Origin: Gemmatimonadales bacterium
GTDB lineage: Bacteria; Gemmatimonadota; Gemmatimonadetes; Gemmatimonadales; GWC2-71-9
Direction: 5' to 3'
Assembly: GCA_041615815.1 (NCBI GenBank)
Contig: JBFJCP010000018.1
Span: 1 to 64,000, forward strand
Length of the DNA: 64,000 nucleotides
Both the position numbers and the translations under genes were made by a program. This document shows positions 18,772 through 29,436 of the stretch, one piece after another (the stretch's first letter is position 1; every line of letters starts with the position of its first letter). The notes beneath the pieces are model-generated. The model worked only from the letters and a program-made list of their open reading frames with translations, had not been told where the DNA came from and did not search any database.

Positions 18772-19296
18772 GTGTCCCTCGATCTCGACCATGCCGTCGC
18801 TGTTCTGAAGCGCACGCCGCGCGTGCTGTCGAGCCTGTTGCACGGGCTTCCCGATCGGTGGGTCCGCGGGAGGGAAGGGGACGAGAGCTGGAGCCCGTTC
18901 GACGTTGTCGGACACCTTATTCATGGAGAGCGCACCGATTGGATTCCGCGGACGCGCGCGATTCTCGAGCACGGTCCCGACGTGACGTTCGAGCCCTTCG
19001 ATCGTTTTGCGATGTTCGAGGCGAGTCGGGGAAAATCACTCGAGGCGTTGCTGACGGAATTTGCCACGCTTCGAGCCGCAAACCTCACGACGCTCGCTGC
19101 CTTCGAGATCACCGCGGAGGCTCTCGGCAAGACCGGTCGGCATCCCGAGCTCGGCGTGGTGACGCTCCGAGAGCTCTTGGCCACATGGGTCGCGCACGAC
19201 CTCAGCCACCTGGGACAGATTGCGCGGGTCATGGCAAAGCAGTGCGCCGGCGACGTGGGGCCGTGGAGCGCCTACCTTCCCATCCTCCGCCGGTAG
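18772..19296 (+). CDS. DinB family protein
   Basis: WSPFDVVGHLIHGE..DWIPR, HPELG.VTL.ELLATWVAHDL.H..QI; GTG start inferred. Confidence 0.87.
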   Translation: MSLDLDHAVAVLKRTPRVLSSLLHGLPDRWVRGREGDESWSPFDVVGHLIHGERTDWIPRTRAILEHGPDVTFEPFDRFAMFEASRGKSLEALLTEFATLRAANLTTLAAFEITAEALGKTGRHPELGVVTLRELLATWVAHDLSHLGQIARVMAKQCAGDVGPWSAYLPILRR

Positions 19297-19352
19297 CGCC
19301 ATGCGCCCGAGGTGACCGAGGCCTCGGGTACCTCGCAGGAGACCGTCGCGCG

Positions 19353-20276
19353 TTATTGCTGTCTGGTTTCGGGGCTACGCTCCACCGGCGGCTCCGGCCG
19401 GCCGCTCCAGTCCTCGAACGACCCGTCGTACAGACGGGCGTCGTACCCCAAGTAGTCTGCCACGAAGTAGAGGAGACTCGCCTGCATGCCCAGGTGACAG
19501 TACGTCACGACGCGCTTGCCGGGCGTGGCCCCGGCGACGGTCAGCATCCGCCGTAACGTCGCCTCGTCTCTGAAGCGCCCCGATTCGTCGGTGAGGCTGG
19601 TGAAGGGCACATTGCCGGCACCGGGGATGTGGCCGGGGCGTGCCGCATGCATGGTGACGCCGGCCGCACCGGTGTAGAACTCGTCCGTTCTCGCATCGAG
19701 CACGGCCAGCGTCGGATCCTCGAAGCGCGCCCGCATCCAATCGAAGTGCACCACGACATCGTCCCGCGGCTGCACGTCCAACGTTCCGCGCACGACGGCC
19801 GGCATCTCGGTCGTGACCGGCCGACCCTCCGCCCGCCAGAGATCAAGGCCCCCGTCCAACATCGCCGTTCGGTGCGCCAGCCCGAGATACGCAAGCGTGA
19901 CGTACAAGCGCCCCGCCGCCGTCGGATGCCCCCGCGGGCTATAGAGCACGATTGAAGACTCGTTGGAGACGCCGATGCTTTCCAACGCCTGGCGAAGCGT
20001 CTCCGCGGCCGGTAATTCCGCGTAGAGCCGTCCCTGACGCTCGGTGAACGCTTCCCAAGCCAGCAATCGCGCGCCGGGAATATGCGCTGCGGCGTACTGA
20101 CGCTCGTTTGCCACGTGCACGATGACGATCGACGGATCATCGAGTCGGTCCTCCAACCACACGGTCGAGACGATCTGAGGGATCGAGCGAGCGATCTGGC
20201 TCTCGAGCGCGGGAGCCATCCCCAAGGACAGGACCAAGCCCGCCGTGAATGTGCGATGTGGCCAACTGGATCTCAT
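19353..20276 (-). CDS. Exported tandem-rhodanese sulfurtransferase
   Basis: HIPGA, LDGG...W, LDAR...FY.G, GHIPGA, active-site YCHLGMQA, YDGSF.DW; N-terminal signal. Confidence 0.9.
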   Translation of the reverse strand: MRSSWPHRTFTAGLVLSLGMAPALESQIARSIPQIVSTVWLEDRLDDPSIVIVHVANERQYAAAHIPGARLLAWEAFTERQGRLYAELPAAETLRQALESIGVSNESSIVLYSPRGHPTAAGRLYVTLAYLGLAHRTAMLDGGLDLWRAEGRPVTTEMPAVVRGTLDVQPRDDVVVHFDWMRARFEDPTLAVLDARTDEFYTGAAGVTMHAARPGHIPGAGNVPFTSLTDESGRFRDEATLRRMLTVAGATPGKRVVTYCHLGMQASLLYFVADYLGYDARLYDGSFEDWSGRPEPPVERSPETRQQ

Positions 20277-20329
20277 GGTAAGACTCCTGCTCAGCTCGCG
20301 GGGAGTGCAGTGCGACCTGCATTTTCCGG

Positions 20330-20451
20330 AAGACGCCCTGCTCTCGGTACGCCTCCGTGAGCATGTCGCGATGGAACGCGATCTCGGCGTCCGCCTCGCG
20401 ACGGATGGGTGAAAAAGGCGGGGCGAACCAGACGCTGCACGTGTGGCTCAA
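20330..20451 (-). pseudogene. Remnant of the N-terminal prefix of an ADOP/MacB-like ABC permease
   Basis: IRREADAEIAFHRDMLTEAYREQG directly downstream of an acidobacterial-type PadR; the rest of the permease is absent. Confidence 0.55.
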
Positions 20452-20460
20452 GCGTGATGT

Positions 20461-20793
20461 TCAGGACCGGGCCGTGTGCAGAGCGGCACTCACGGCGTCG
20501 GTGTACCGCCGCCAGCGGGCCATCTCGGCTTGAAGCTGTTTGCGGCCGGTGGCGGTCAGCGTATAAAACTTGGCCTCGCGCCCGGTGTCACTGCGACCCC
20601 ATTCCTCCGAAAGCCAGTCCTTGCGTTCGAGCCGATGGAGTGCCGGGTACAGTGCGCCCTCCTTCGCCTCGAGGACCCCATCCGTCGCGTCCCGGATCCA
20701 CCTCCCAATCGCGTAGCCGTGCTTGGGTCCCCAACTCAGGGCCTTGAGTATCAACGTGTCCAGTGTTCCGGTGTACAGATCACTACCTGGCAA
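20461..20793 (-). CDS. PadR family transcriptional regulator (acidobacterial type)
   Basis: GTLDTLILKAL..GP.HGY.I, EGALYPALHRLE, W..S..GR.AKFY.LT..GR; TTG start with GGAG RBS. Confidence 0.92.
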   Translation of the reverse strand: MPGSDLYTGTLDTLILKALSWGPKHGYAIGRWIRDATDGVLEAKEGALYPALHRLERKDWLSEEWGRSDTGREAKFYTLTATGRKQLQAEMARWRRYTDAVSAALHTARS

Positions 20794-20975
20794 GACGTTG
20801 CTCCGAGCACGGTGAGGCGATGAATATGATACGAGATACCTAAGTGAGCAAGGGATCAATGACCGATGTGCGGAATAGATCACGGAAATGCGCCGAGGGG
20901 AGGGAGACACTGAGATCGTCGCGGGCCGGGCATGTCGCGGCCGGAACCAACGGAGCGTCGGGTCTTGGAGGAGCA

Positions 20976-21410
20976 ATGTCAGAAAAGACGTTCAAGCTCA
21001 CCGGTTGGAAGGCCGTCGTGCTCCTCGTGATGATCGGAGCGTTTCTCGGCTTCCAGTTTTTCACGAAGGCATCCACGTTGGATACGGAGGGTCGTGAAGT
21101 CTTGGTGACCTGGCTCCAGGCCGAGTACGCCCGCGCCGCGCTCGCGTCCCTTCCGCAGGACGGGTCTGCGGATCCCGCGGAGCTCGAGGCGCTTGGCGCT
21201 GAACTGTTGGAGGAGCAGCAGGTCGAACTCACCCAGATCCGGGCCCGAGGCGTTGGCGACACCGTGCTCGTGCGCGTAACGGTGGCGGTGGCTGGGCGCC
21301 CACCGGTTGATGGCCGGCCCAAGCGCTATTACATGATGAGTCATTCGATGCTCACCGGATGGCGCGTGCTCCGCGAGACCACGGCACTGCGCTACTACCT
21401 GCAGTTGTAG
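20976..21410 (+). CDS. Membrane-anchored hypothetical protein
   Basis: GGAGGAG RBS; single N-terminal TM helix. Confidence 0.7.
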   Translation: MSEKTFKLTGWKAVVLLVMIGAFLGFQFFTKASTLDTEGREVLVTWLQAEYARAALASLPQDGSADPAELEALGAELLEEQQVELTQIRARGVGDTVLVRVTVAVAGRPPVDGRPKRYYMMSHSMLTGWRVLRETTALRYYLQL

Positions 21411-21498
21411 GGTCCGTCCACCCGCTCGACGGTGGCGGGGCGCCGCGACATATTCATCGGGTCCACGATCCCGACTCGCGCCCGCCGGAGAGCTGACT

Positions 21499-22368
21499 GT
21501 GAACCGTAAAGCCGTCATAGGCCTTGGTGTGACCGCGGCGCTCGTGGCCGGATTTTTTGCCGTCCGGGCCTTCGTCAGCGCTCGTGCCGAGCGTGTCTTG
21601 ATTGCGCCGGCGGCGATGGGGCAGGCCACACCCTCGGATCTCGGCATTCCCTATTCTGCGTTCACCATTGCCAGCGGCGACCGTGAGCTCCACGCGTGGC
21701 TCGTCCGACCACCGGATTCGGTGTCGCTGCGTGCCGCCGTGCTGGTGTTCCATGGCAATCGGACGAGTCTCGCCGAGCAGGTGGGTATTCAGCTCGCGCT
21801 GTACGAGCATGGCATCGCGTCAATGGTTTTCGACTACAGCGGCTTTGGCAACAGCACCGGCACGCCATCTGTGCGGCATTTGCGGGAGGATGCCGTGGCC
21901 GCATTTGGCACGTTTGTCGACAGCGTGGGTCGGGGCGCGCGCAAGTTCGTCTTGGGGACGTCGCTTGGCGCAGCGGTCCTCCTCGACGCCATCCAGGATC
22001 TGCAGCTGGGCGTGGAGGGCGTAATCCTGGTGGGCACGTTCGCGTCGAGTCGCCGGACAGCCGTTCGACAGGGTCGGGTCCCAGGACTGCTCTCTTTCGT
22101 GCTGTGGAACCATTACGACAACGTGAAGCAAGTACGCCAATTGCGGCGCCCGCTCTTGGTGGTGCACAGTCAATCTGACGAGCTGTTTCCCATGGCCGAT
22201 GCCGAGGCCCTCGTGGACGCGGCAGGTGGCTCGGCGCAGCTCGTGCGTTTGTCCGGTGTCGCACATGACGCCTACCTCACTGCTCGACCTCACTGGGAAC
22301 CGGTCATTGCGTTTATTACTCAGCGAACCGCCGCGCCCCAGCCCTTAGAGGGAGAATCGATCCCGTAA
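21499..22368 (+). CDS. Alpha/beta hydrolase (ABHD/BEM46-like)
   Basis: FHGN, FDYSGFG.S.G, GTSLG nucleophile elbow, HS..DE, H near C-terminus. Confidence 0.88.
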   Translation: MNRKAVIGLGVTAALVAGFFAVRAFVSARAERVLIAPAAMGQATPSDLGIPYSAFTIASGDRELHAWLVRPPDSVSLRAAVLVFHGNRTSLAEQVGIQLALYEHGIASMVFDYSGFGNSTGTPSVRHLREDAVAAFGTFVDSVGRGARKFVLGTSLGAAVLLDAIQDLQLGVEGVILVGTFASSRRTAVRQGRVPGLLSFVLWNHYDNVKQVRQLRRPLLVVHSQSDELFPMADAEALVDAAGGSAQLVRLSGVAHDAYLTARPHWEPVIAFITQRTAAPQPLEGESIP

Positions 22369-22589
22369 GCTCCCGCGTCCCGCGGCGTTGTAAACCTGCT
22401 TCGTCCCTTTGCCCGCGACCCGTGTGTTTGCCGAACGCGGTGGAGCGGTGTGCGGACCCCAAGTCGGGATCATGAACCAGCGTCAGCGCCGTGGAGGGTC
22501 GTGTCGGCAATTGAGCGTGTCGGGGTGGGTGGCAAAACCTCGGGTTGGGGATAACTTCGCAGCTTCACGTGAACATTGGGATTGGTAAC

Positions 22590-24056
22590 GTGCTGAAAAG
22601 AGTTGGCTTGGCGCTGATCGCGGTGATCGGCCTTCTGGTCGCGATCGTGTTGATTCGGGGACTGACCTTTCGGTCTCCGCAAGTGGACGTTCCACCGGTG
22701 TCCGATATCGTGATCGATACAGACGGTGCGGCTGGGCGTCTGGCCGGGGCGCTACGGTACCGCACGATTTCGTATCAGGACAGTGCGGACATGGATGGCG
22801 ATGAGTTTCGGCGCTTTCATGCGTATCTGGACAGCGCCTTTCCCCGGGTGCATGCGCTCTTGGAGCGGGAAACGGTCAACGAGTACAGTCTCCTGTACCG
22901 ATGGGAAGGTGCGGATCCGTCGATGGATCCAATCGTGTTGATGGCACACATGGACGCGGTACCGGTTGAGCCCGGAACCGAACGCGACTGGTCGCGCGAT
23001 CCATTCAGCGGCGACATCGTGGATGGTTATGTCTGGGGCCGCGGGGCGATGGACGACAAGGGAAGTCTCATCGCGATCATGGAGGCGGCTGAGATGTTGC
23101 TCGATCAGGGCTTTCAGCCCCAGCGGACGGTGTACTTCGCCTTTGGACATGACGAGGAAGTGGGAGGGCAGCTTGGCGCCGTGGCGATAGCGGCGCAGCT
23201 CGCGGACCGGAGCGTCCTGCCTGCGTTCGTGGTGGATGAGGGAGGGGTGCTGGCGGATGCCCTCATTCCGAATATCGATCAGTCAGTCGCGCTCGTGGGG
23301 ATTGCGGAGAAGGGCTATCTGACCATTGAGCTCACGGCAACATCCGGCGGCGGACACTCTTCCATGCCCCCGCCGCGCACGACGATCGGGGTCCTGAGTA
23401 CGGCTATCGATCGTCTGCAGCGGCGTCCCATGCCTGGGGGGATCCGAGGTCCCACCGAGATCATGTTCGACTACGTGGGACCGGAATTACCGTTCCTCAG
23501 CCGCACCGCGGTGGCCAACCGGTGGCTGCTCGGGTGGCTCGTGGAGGCGGAGTTTGGCCGATCTCCGGAGGGGCGCTCGTTACTCGGGACCACCATGGCG
23601 CCCACGATCTTCGAGGCTGGGGTGAAGGAGAACGTGCTACCGTCATCCGCCCGTGCCGTCGTGAATATTCGGATCCTGCCGGGGGACAGCAGCGCGTCGG
23701 TCCTGGCGCACGTCCGCCGCACCATTCGCAACCCTGCCATCGAGGTGCGTACCATCGGATTCGTGAGCGAGCCATCTCCGGTGTCCGACGTCGAGTCTCT
23801 CGGGTTCCGCACGGTGGAGCGAACCATTCGGGAGCTCCACCCCGACGCCCTCGTTGTTCCTTGGTTGGTGGTAGGGGGGACCGATTCGCGTCACTTTGCC
23901 CGTCTCACGAGCCAGATCATTCGGTTCTCCGGTGCCCGGGTGGGACCGGACGACCTGCGCCGGGTTCATGGGACTGACGAACGTGTCGGCGTGGAGGTCT
24001 ACGCTGACATGGTCCGATTCTATCTGCAGCTGCTGCGTAACGCGGCCGGCAGCTAA
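22590..24056 (+). CDS. M20 peptidase (carboxypeptidase S/PM20D1-like), membrane-anchored
   Basis: AHMDAVP, WGRGAMDDKG, FGHDEE, DEGG, AEKG, GGHSS.PP, GGTDSRHF, HG.DE. Confidence 0.92.
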   Translation: MLKRVGLALIAVIGLLVAIVLIRGLTFRSPQVDVPPVSDIVIDTDGAAGRLAGALRYRTISYQDSADMDGDEFRRFHAYLDSAFPRVHALLERETVNEYSLLYRWEGADPSMDPIVLMAHMDAVPVEPGTERDWSRDPFSGDIVDGYVWGRGAMDDKGSLIAIMEAAEMLLDQGFQPQRTVYFAFGHDEEVGGQLGAVAIAAQLADRSVLPAFVVDEGGVLADALIPNIDQSVALVGIAEKGYLTIELTATSGGGHSSMPPPRTTIGVLSTAIDRLQRRPMPGGIRGPTEIMFDYVGPELPFLSRTAVANRWLLGWLVEAEFGRSPEGRSLLGTTMAPTIFEAGVKENVLPSSARAVVNIRILPGDSSASVLAHVRRTIRNPAIEVRTIGFVSEPSPVSDVESLGFRTVERTIRELHPDALVVPWLVVGGTDSRHFARLTSQIIRFSGARVGPDDLRRVHGTDERVGVEVYADMVRFYLQLLRNAAGS

Positions 24057-24262
24057 CCAGTTGCCCCGCGCGCTCGAAGTGGGCTCGCCCAGTCTGGGGG
24101 CATTGGGGTAACTGGGCCGTTCGCATCTGCACATGGGCAAATGAGGTGAGGGAATCACGCTGCTCGATGCTCAACCCCCGTCGAGCGTGCCCCTTGCCGC
24201 TCCGCTGTTTGCGGGCGCCGTCCCGCACCTCTAATCTAGATATTGGTTTTTGAGCCGTCCGG

Positions 24263-26716
24263 ATGAGTCAAGACACTCTCGAGCGCCTTCAAGCCGCTCT
24301 CCCAGAGCGTTACACCATCGTGCGCTTCCTTGCCCGTGGTGGTGCGGCGACGGTCTATCAGGCGCGTGAGCACCATCCCAAACGTGACGTGGCCATCAAG
24401 GTCCTCCATCCGGACCTCGCCGCTCGCTTGGGACGCGAGCGCTTCCTTCGAGAAGTCGACCTGGGCTCGAATCTGACGCATCCGCACATCGTGCCCATCT
24501 TTGCCGCCGGCGAGGCCGGGGGACTCCTGTATTACGTCATGCCTTATGTATCCGGTGAGAGTCTGGAGCAGCGGCTGCAACGGGAAGGCAAGCTGCCGGT
24601 GAATGACGCGGTCCGGATCAGCGTGGATGTCGCCGAAGCGCTCGAGTATGCTCATCAGCGCAACGTGGTGCATCGGGACATCAAGCCTGGAAACATCTTG
24701 CTTCACGAGGGACATGCACTCGTTGCGGACTTTGGAATTGCCCGCGCGATCAGCGCGTCCGAGACGGAGCGTCCCATTACCGAGATCGGTCTGACCCTGG
24801 GAACGCCGGCATATATGAGCCCGGAACAGGCGACGGCGGATCCGCGCATCGATGGGCGGGCGGATGTGTACGCACTCGCGTGTGTGCTCTACGAAATGCT
24901 CAGCGGTGCCCCGCCGTTTGACGGTGAGAGTTCCCGGGTGGTGCTCACGCGCCAAGTGCTCGATCCCATGCCACCGCTCGGGGAGGTGCTCGATCCGGCC
25001 GGCCTGGAGGTAGAGGAGGTGCTGCAGCGAGCCCTGGCCAAGGCACCGGAGGACCGCTTCGCCACCGCTGGGGCGTTCGCCGACGCCCTGATGACCGCAC
25101 GGGGCTACGCTCCTGGGGCGAGGTCCGCGTCTGCACCCAAACTCGAGCCCGCAACACCCCGCAGGCGCGTCCACCTGATCGTCGGGGCGGCAGGGGTGGC
25201 GGTGGCGGCCATCGTGGCCCTGCGGCTCGTCCTGACGGGACCTGAATCCCCGATCCCCGCCGCAACCGGGCCGTACGTGGAATCCGTGGCGGTGATGCCG
25301 TTCGACAACCTCACGGGGGATTCCAGCTACGACCATGTTAGCACGGGGATCGCCGACGAGGTGATTACCCACTTGGCAAGGGTGGCACCACTCAAGGTCA
25401 TCTCCCGGCATTCCGTGGAAGCGCTCAAGGGCAAGGGACTGACCGCGAGCCAGCTCGCCGAGACCCTCGGCGTGAGCCACATCCTGGAGGGTGCTCTCCG
25501 CGTGGACGAAGAAAGCATTCGGGTCACGGTGCAACACGTGGATAAGAGCGATGTCCTTCTCGGTGCCAAGACGTACGGGGCGAGCTTCGGCAGCCTCGTG
25601 CGGGCACAAGAGACGATTGCGCAGCAGGTGAGCGAAGATTTCGTCCAGAAGGTTGGGATCGCTCCGGCGGTTGTGGAAACGCACGGGGGGCACGGTCCCG
25701 GGCACGAGGCATACCTGCTCGGGACCTGGTGGCTCGGGAGGCGGACCCCCGATGGACTTCGTCGGGCGATCGCAGCGTTTGGAGAGGCGATCGCGGCAGA
25801 TTCCGCATATGCGCCGGCTTTTGCGGGTCTTTCGGCCGCCTACGCTCTTGCCCTGACGTATCGATATGCGATCGGTCTCGATGGGTTCAGCGCGGCCGGG
25901 ATGTCCTTAGCCGCCGCCAATCGCGCTATCGTCCTGGATTCCGCGCTCGCCGCGGCGTGGGCGGCCCGTGGCTACATTGGCGCATTGAGTGGAGCTCCGC
26001 CGGAGTTGGGTGTGTCGGACTTCGAACGCGCACGGGCACTCCAACCCAACGCGCCGAACATCCCGAGCTGGTCGGCACGCGTCCTGGCCCAAACGGGTGA
26101 GATCGAGTCGGCCTTCCGCGAGGCCCAGCGGGCCGTTGCACTCGATCCGTTGGCTTCGGGGAGACGCATCGCGGTCGCCTACCTGGCACTGCACCTCGGT
26201 CGGTACGAGCTCGCGGTGACCGAGGCGCGGCGAGCCAGGGAACTGGAGCCGGAACTCATGTTGGCTCGGGCGATCGAGGGCCGGGCGTTGTTGTTGAATC
26301 ATCGGGCTGGGGAGTGTACGGGCCTACAACTGGGGCCGCACGAGATCGTGCGGGCTATGTGTCTCCACGATCTCGGCCACGTGCGGGAGGGGCGAGCGAT
26401 CGTGGATTCTGTCGAGGCGGAGCTGTCCAGTGGAGCCCATTCGGATTCCGTCTTTACGACCGTGTTACGCGCCGAGGATGTCGCGAGCTACTACGCTTGG
26501 GTAGGTGAGCCGGACCGTGCCCTGACTTGGGTCCGCTATGCGTACGCGGCCTCACCGATCGGGATCGACGTGCGCATTCTGGAGTCGGGCCTGTTCACCA
26601 AGGCGCGTGAATCGCCAGTTTTTTCTCGCGAGGTGCGGCGCATCCGGAGTAGCCTATGGAGTCGCGTGGTAGCGGAGAGCCTCACCGCCCTGAAAGGAGT
26701 CGAGCGTTCGACATGA
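24263..26716 (+). CDS. Hanks-type Ser/Thr kinase with TM segment, TolB-like domain and TPR repeats
   Basis: RGG.ATVY, VAIK, HRDIKPGN, DFGIA, GTPAYMSPEQ; SVAVMPFDNL; C-terminal TPRs. Confidence 0.93.
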   Translation: MSQDTLERLQAALPERYTIVRFLARGGAATVYQAREHHPKRDVAIKVLHPDLAARLGRERFLREVDLGSNLTHPHIVPIFAAGEAGGLLYYVMPYVSGESLEQRLQREGKLPVNDAVRISVDVAEALEYAHQRNVVHRDIKPGNILLHEGHALVADFGIARAISASETERPITEIGLTLGTPAYMSPEQATADPRIDGRADVYALACVLYEMLSGAPPFDGESSRVVLTRQVLDPMPPLGEVLDPAGLEVEEVLQRALAKAPEDRFATAGAFADALMTARGYAPGARSASAPKLEPATPRRRVHLIVGAAGVAVAAIVALRLVLTGPESPIPAATGPYVESVAVMPFDNLTGDSSYDHVSTGIADEVITHLARVAPLKVISRHSVEALKGKGLTASQLAETLGVSHILEGALRVDEESIRVTVQHVDKSDVLLGAKTYGASFGSLVRAQETIAQQVSEDFVQKVGIAPAVVETHGGHGPGHEAYLLGTWWLGRRTPDGLRRAIAAFGEAIAADSAYAPAFAGLSAAYALALTYRYAIGLDGFSAAGMSLAAANRAIVLDSALAAAWAARGYIGALSGAPPELGVSDFERARALQPNAPNIPSWSARVLAQTGEIESAFREAQRAVALDPLASGRRIAVAYLALHLGRYELAVTEARRARELEPELMLARAIEGRALLLNHRAGECTGLQLGPHEIVRAMCLHDLGHVREGRAIVDSVEAELSSGAHSDSVFTTVLRAEDVASYYAWVGEPDRALTWVRYAYAASPIGIDVRILESGLFTKARESPVFSREVRRIRSSLWSRVVAESLTALKGVERST

Positions 26717-27531
26717 GATGGTCCACTCTTGCACGCTCCGGTGTCATCATCGCCGGCCTTGGTGTGGCGGCCTCCCTCGCGGCCGCGCACGATCTCTACA
26801 TCAAGTTCGACACCTATTTCTTGGCGCCGGAAACACGAGTACGGGTTCCCGTCCTCAATGGAACGTTCGTCAAGAGCGAGGGCGCGGTGACTGCAGACCG
26901 CGTGAGCGATCTGAGCGTGGTCTCCGCAGGCCGTCGCGCGCGCCTCTCCACGACGCTCTGGACCCCCAGTGGGGATACCACCGTGCTGACCCTTCGGACT
27001 GGGGAAGCGGGAACGTACGTCGTGGGGGCTTCCACCAGGCCACGCGAGCTTGCTCTGAGCGCCACGGACTTCAACGAGTATCTGGAACATGACGGTATCC
27101 CCGACGTGTTGGCAGCGAGGCGACGCGATGGACAGTTGGCAACCGACGTGGTCGAACGCTATCACAAGCACGTGAAGGCCGTCTTCCAGGTGGGTGATCG
27201 TCGGACCGACGATTTCGGCACGGTGCTCGGGTACCCCGCGGAGATCATTCCACTCGAGAATCCCTACGCCGTGCGGGTCGGCGCGGCGCTCCCGGTGCGA
27301 GTGCTGGTCGATGGTGTTGCGGTGGCCAATCAGGTCGTCGTCGCGGGCGGACATGGCTCGGGTGGCGCCATCCGCGAACGATCGACCCGAGCCGATGATG
27401 AAGGAATCGCGCGTGTGTCGTTGGACGCGGCGGGACGCTGGTACGTGAAGTTCATCTATATGGAACGGTCCCCTGACGCCGGAATCGATTACGAGTCCAA
27501 GTGGGCAACGTTGACATTCGAGGTGCGCTGA
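26713..27531 (+). CDS. DUF4198 family exported protein
   Basis: Signal then AHD; FNEYL..DG, EIIPL.NPY, YES.WATLTF. Confidence 0.85.
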   Translation: MRWSTLARSGVIIAGLGVAASLAAAHDLYIKFDTYFLAPETRVRVPVLNGTFVKSEGAVTADRVSDLSVVSAGRRARLSTTLWTPSGDTTVLTLRTGEAGTYVVGASTRPRELALSATDFNEYLEHDGIPDVLAARRRDGQLATDVVERYHKHVKAVFQVGDRRTDDFGTVLGYPAEIIPLENPYAVRVGAALPVRVLVDGVAVANQVVVAGGHGSGGAIRERSTRADDEGIARVSLDAAGRWYVKFIYMERSPDAGIDYESKWATLTFEVR

Positions 27532-27561
27532 GCAGCACGATCTCGCGGCGGGCGTGGCTCG

Positions 27562-29346
27562 TCATCGATCGGCTTCCCGCGCCACGTACGCACGAACCTG
27601 AGTCTCGAGCACGTCGAGTGGCACGGTCCCGTTTTGCAGCACGACGTCGTGAAATGCGCGGACGTCGAACCGTTGACCGAGGGCGTCCTCTGCCTCCCGG
27701 CGTAGGCGACGGATCGTGAGCTCTCCCATCTTGTATGCCAACGCTTGTCCCGGCCACGAGATGTATCGATCCGTTTCGGTTCGCACTTCGTGCAGTGACA
27801 GGGCGGTATTTGCAGCCATGTACTGCATGGCCCGTTCTCGGCTCCACCCGAAGGCGTGGATACCCGTGTCCACCACCAGGCGGCAAGCGCGCCACATCTC
27901 ATACGTGAGTCGTCCAAAGCGACTGTAAGCATCGTCGTAGATACCGGCCTCGAGACCGAGCCACTCCGCGTATAGACCCCACCCCTCACCAAACGCGTTC
28001 ACATAGGCAAAGCGGCGAAACGGCGGCAGGTGACCCTGTTCTTGCGCGAGCGCGAACTGAAGATGGTGTCCAGGGACCGCCTCGTGCAGGGTCAGCGCGG
28101 GCAACGTGTAGAGTGGGCGACTCTCGAGTGCGTAGGTGTTCACCCAGTAATATCCGGGTTGGGTACTGCCGGGCGGAGCACTGATATACCGCCCGCCGGT
28201 GTATTTGGGCGCGAGATGCTCCGGGACTGGGGCCACGCCGTACGGCAGTCGCGGGAGCTTTCCGAACAAAGAGGGGAGCTTCCCGTCCATCCGCTTCGCG
28301 ATGTATGCGGCCTCTCGCAGCAAGGCCTCCGGCGTATCTGCATAAAACCGTAGGTCGGTCCTCAGGAAGTCGAGGAAGGCGGTGAAATCCCCTTGAAACT
28401 CCACTTCTTCGATGATGCGGGTCATCTCATTCTTGATACGGGTGACCTCGGCCAGTCCGAGTTCGTGAATGGCCTGGGGGCTTCGCTCCAAGGTCGTGAA
28501 ATGCCGAACGAGGTACTCGTAGTACGCCGCGCCGTTCGGGAGATCGGAGGCTCCAATCGAGGTCCGTGCGGCCGCGATATACTCGCCGGCCATGAAATCG
28601 AGGAAGGATCGATACCCAGGGACCACGCCCTCGCGGATGGCGACACGGCCTGCTTGCTCGAGCCGGGCCCGGGTTTCCGCAGGGACGGCCCGCGGGAATG
28701 CCTTGAACGGCGCGTAGAAGACGCTCAAGGTCGGATCGTCGACAAGATGCGAGCTGATCGTGAGGTCGTATCCGTCCAGAACGACCCGAGGCATGGTGAA
28801 CCCCCGGGCCATTCCGCTCTTCATGTTTGCCACATGGTCGTCGACGTATCGTGGAAATGCCTGCAGCCGTGCGATGTAATGCTCGTAGTCCTGCACGGTT
28901 TCGAAGGGCATTTCATTGGGGAGCCGAGCGAACGCGATGTGGAATCCATCGTCCACGAGAATCGGGATTTCGTACGCGGCAAACTCGTACGCGGTGATCG
29001 CGTCTTGGAGTTGTCGCGCCTGCATGTCGTAACTCACTTGATCGGCGGAACCCAGACGCGCACGGTCGATAGCTCGGAGGCGCCGGAGGAACTCGCGGCG
29101 TACCGTCGCACGGCGACCGTGATCGGCGGCCGTGACGGTCGGCAGACGGTCGTTGTAACGATTCTCGCCAACCGATGTGGCGAGGATGGGATCCTCCTCC
29201 AACTCGAAGGCCCAAGCCTCATCAAACAGCTGATGGAGGCGAGCCGACGGATCCTGACCGTGCAGGACCGGGGTCGTCGCGAGGATTGCGAGTGCCACAG
29301 GAACCGCACCCAACCCGTGGCGGTGGAAGGGTTGACGCAAGGACAT
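27562..29346 (-). CDS. DUF885 family exported protein (putative metallopeptidase)
   Basis: HEAVPGHHLQ, EGWGLYAE, RACRLVVDTGIH, RYI.WPGQA.AYKMG. Confidence 0.92.
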   Translation of the reverse strand: MSLRQPFHRHGLGAVPVALAILATTPVLHGQDPSARLHQLFDEAWAFELEEDPILATSVGENRYNDRLPTVTAADHGRRATVRREFLRRLRAIDRARLGSADQVSYDMQARQLQDAITAYEFAAYEIPILVDDGFHIAFARLPNEMPFETVQDYEHYIARLQAFPRYVDDHVANMKSGMARGFTMPRVVLDGYDLTISSHLVDDPTLSVFYAPFKAFPRAVPAETRARLEQAGRVAIREGVVPGYRSFLDFMAGEYIAAARTSIGASDLPNGAAYYEYLVRHFTTLERSPQAIHELGLAEVTRIKNEMTRIIEEVEFQGDFTAFLDFLRTDLRFYADTPEALLREAAYIAKRMDGKLPSLFGKLPRLPYGVAPVPEHLAPKYTGGRYISAPPGSTQPGYYWVNTYALESRPLYTLPALTLHEAVPGHHLQFALAQEQGHLPPFRRFAYVNAFGEGWGLYAEWLGLEAGIYDDAYSRFGRLTYEMWRACRLVVDTGIHAFGWSRERAMQYMAANTALSLHEVRTETDRYISWPGQALAYKMGELTIRRLRREAEDALGQRFDVRAFHDVVLQNGTVPLDVLETQVRAYVAREADR

Positions 29347-29436
29347 GCCAGGGCCTCGTGGTGAGTTCGTTGATCGGTAGTGGGCGAAGGGCATAAGATA
29401 GGATCACACGGCGCAGCTTGGGAATTGGGAGGTACC

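Noticed and set aside
24057..24262. c-di-GMP-I riboswitch-like GCACATGGGCAAA and several hairpins before the kinase
   Set aside because: Lacks the GNRA tetraloop stem and the following GACGCAAAG element; hairpins are unremarkable for high-GC DNA
24236..25705. Long antisense ORFs (also 5860..6843, 31652..32965, 48063..49439, 60189..61394)
   Set aside because: Shadow frames of well-supported genes, expected from high-GC codon bias; no motifs
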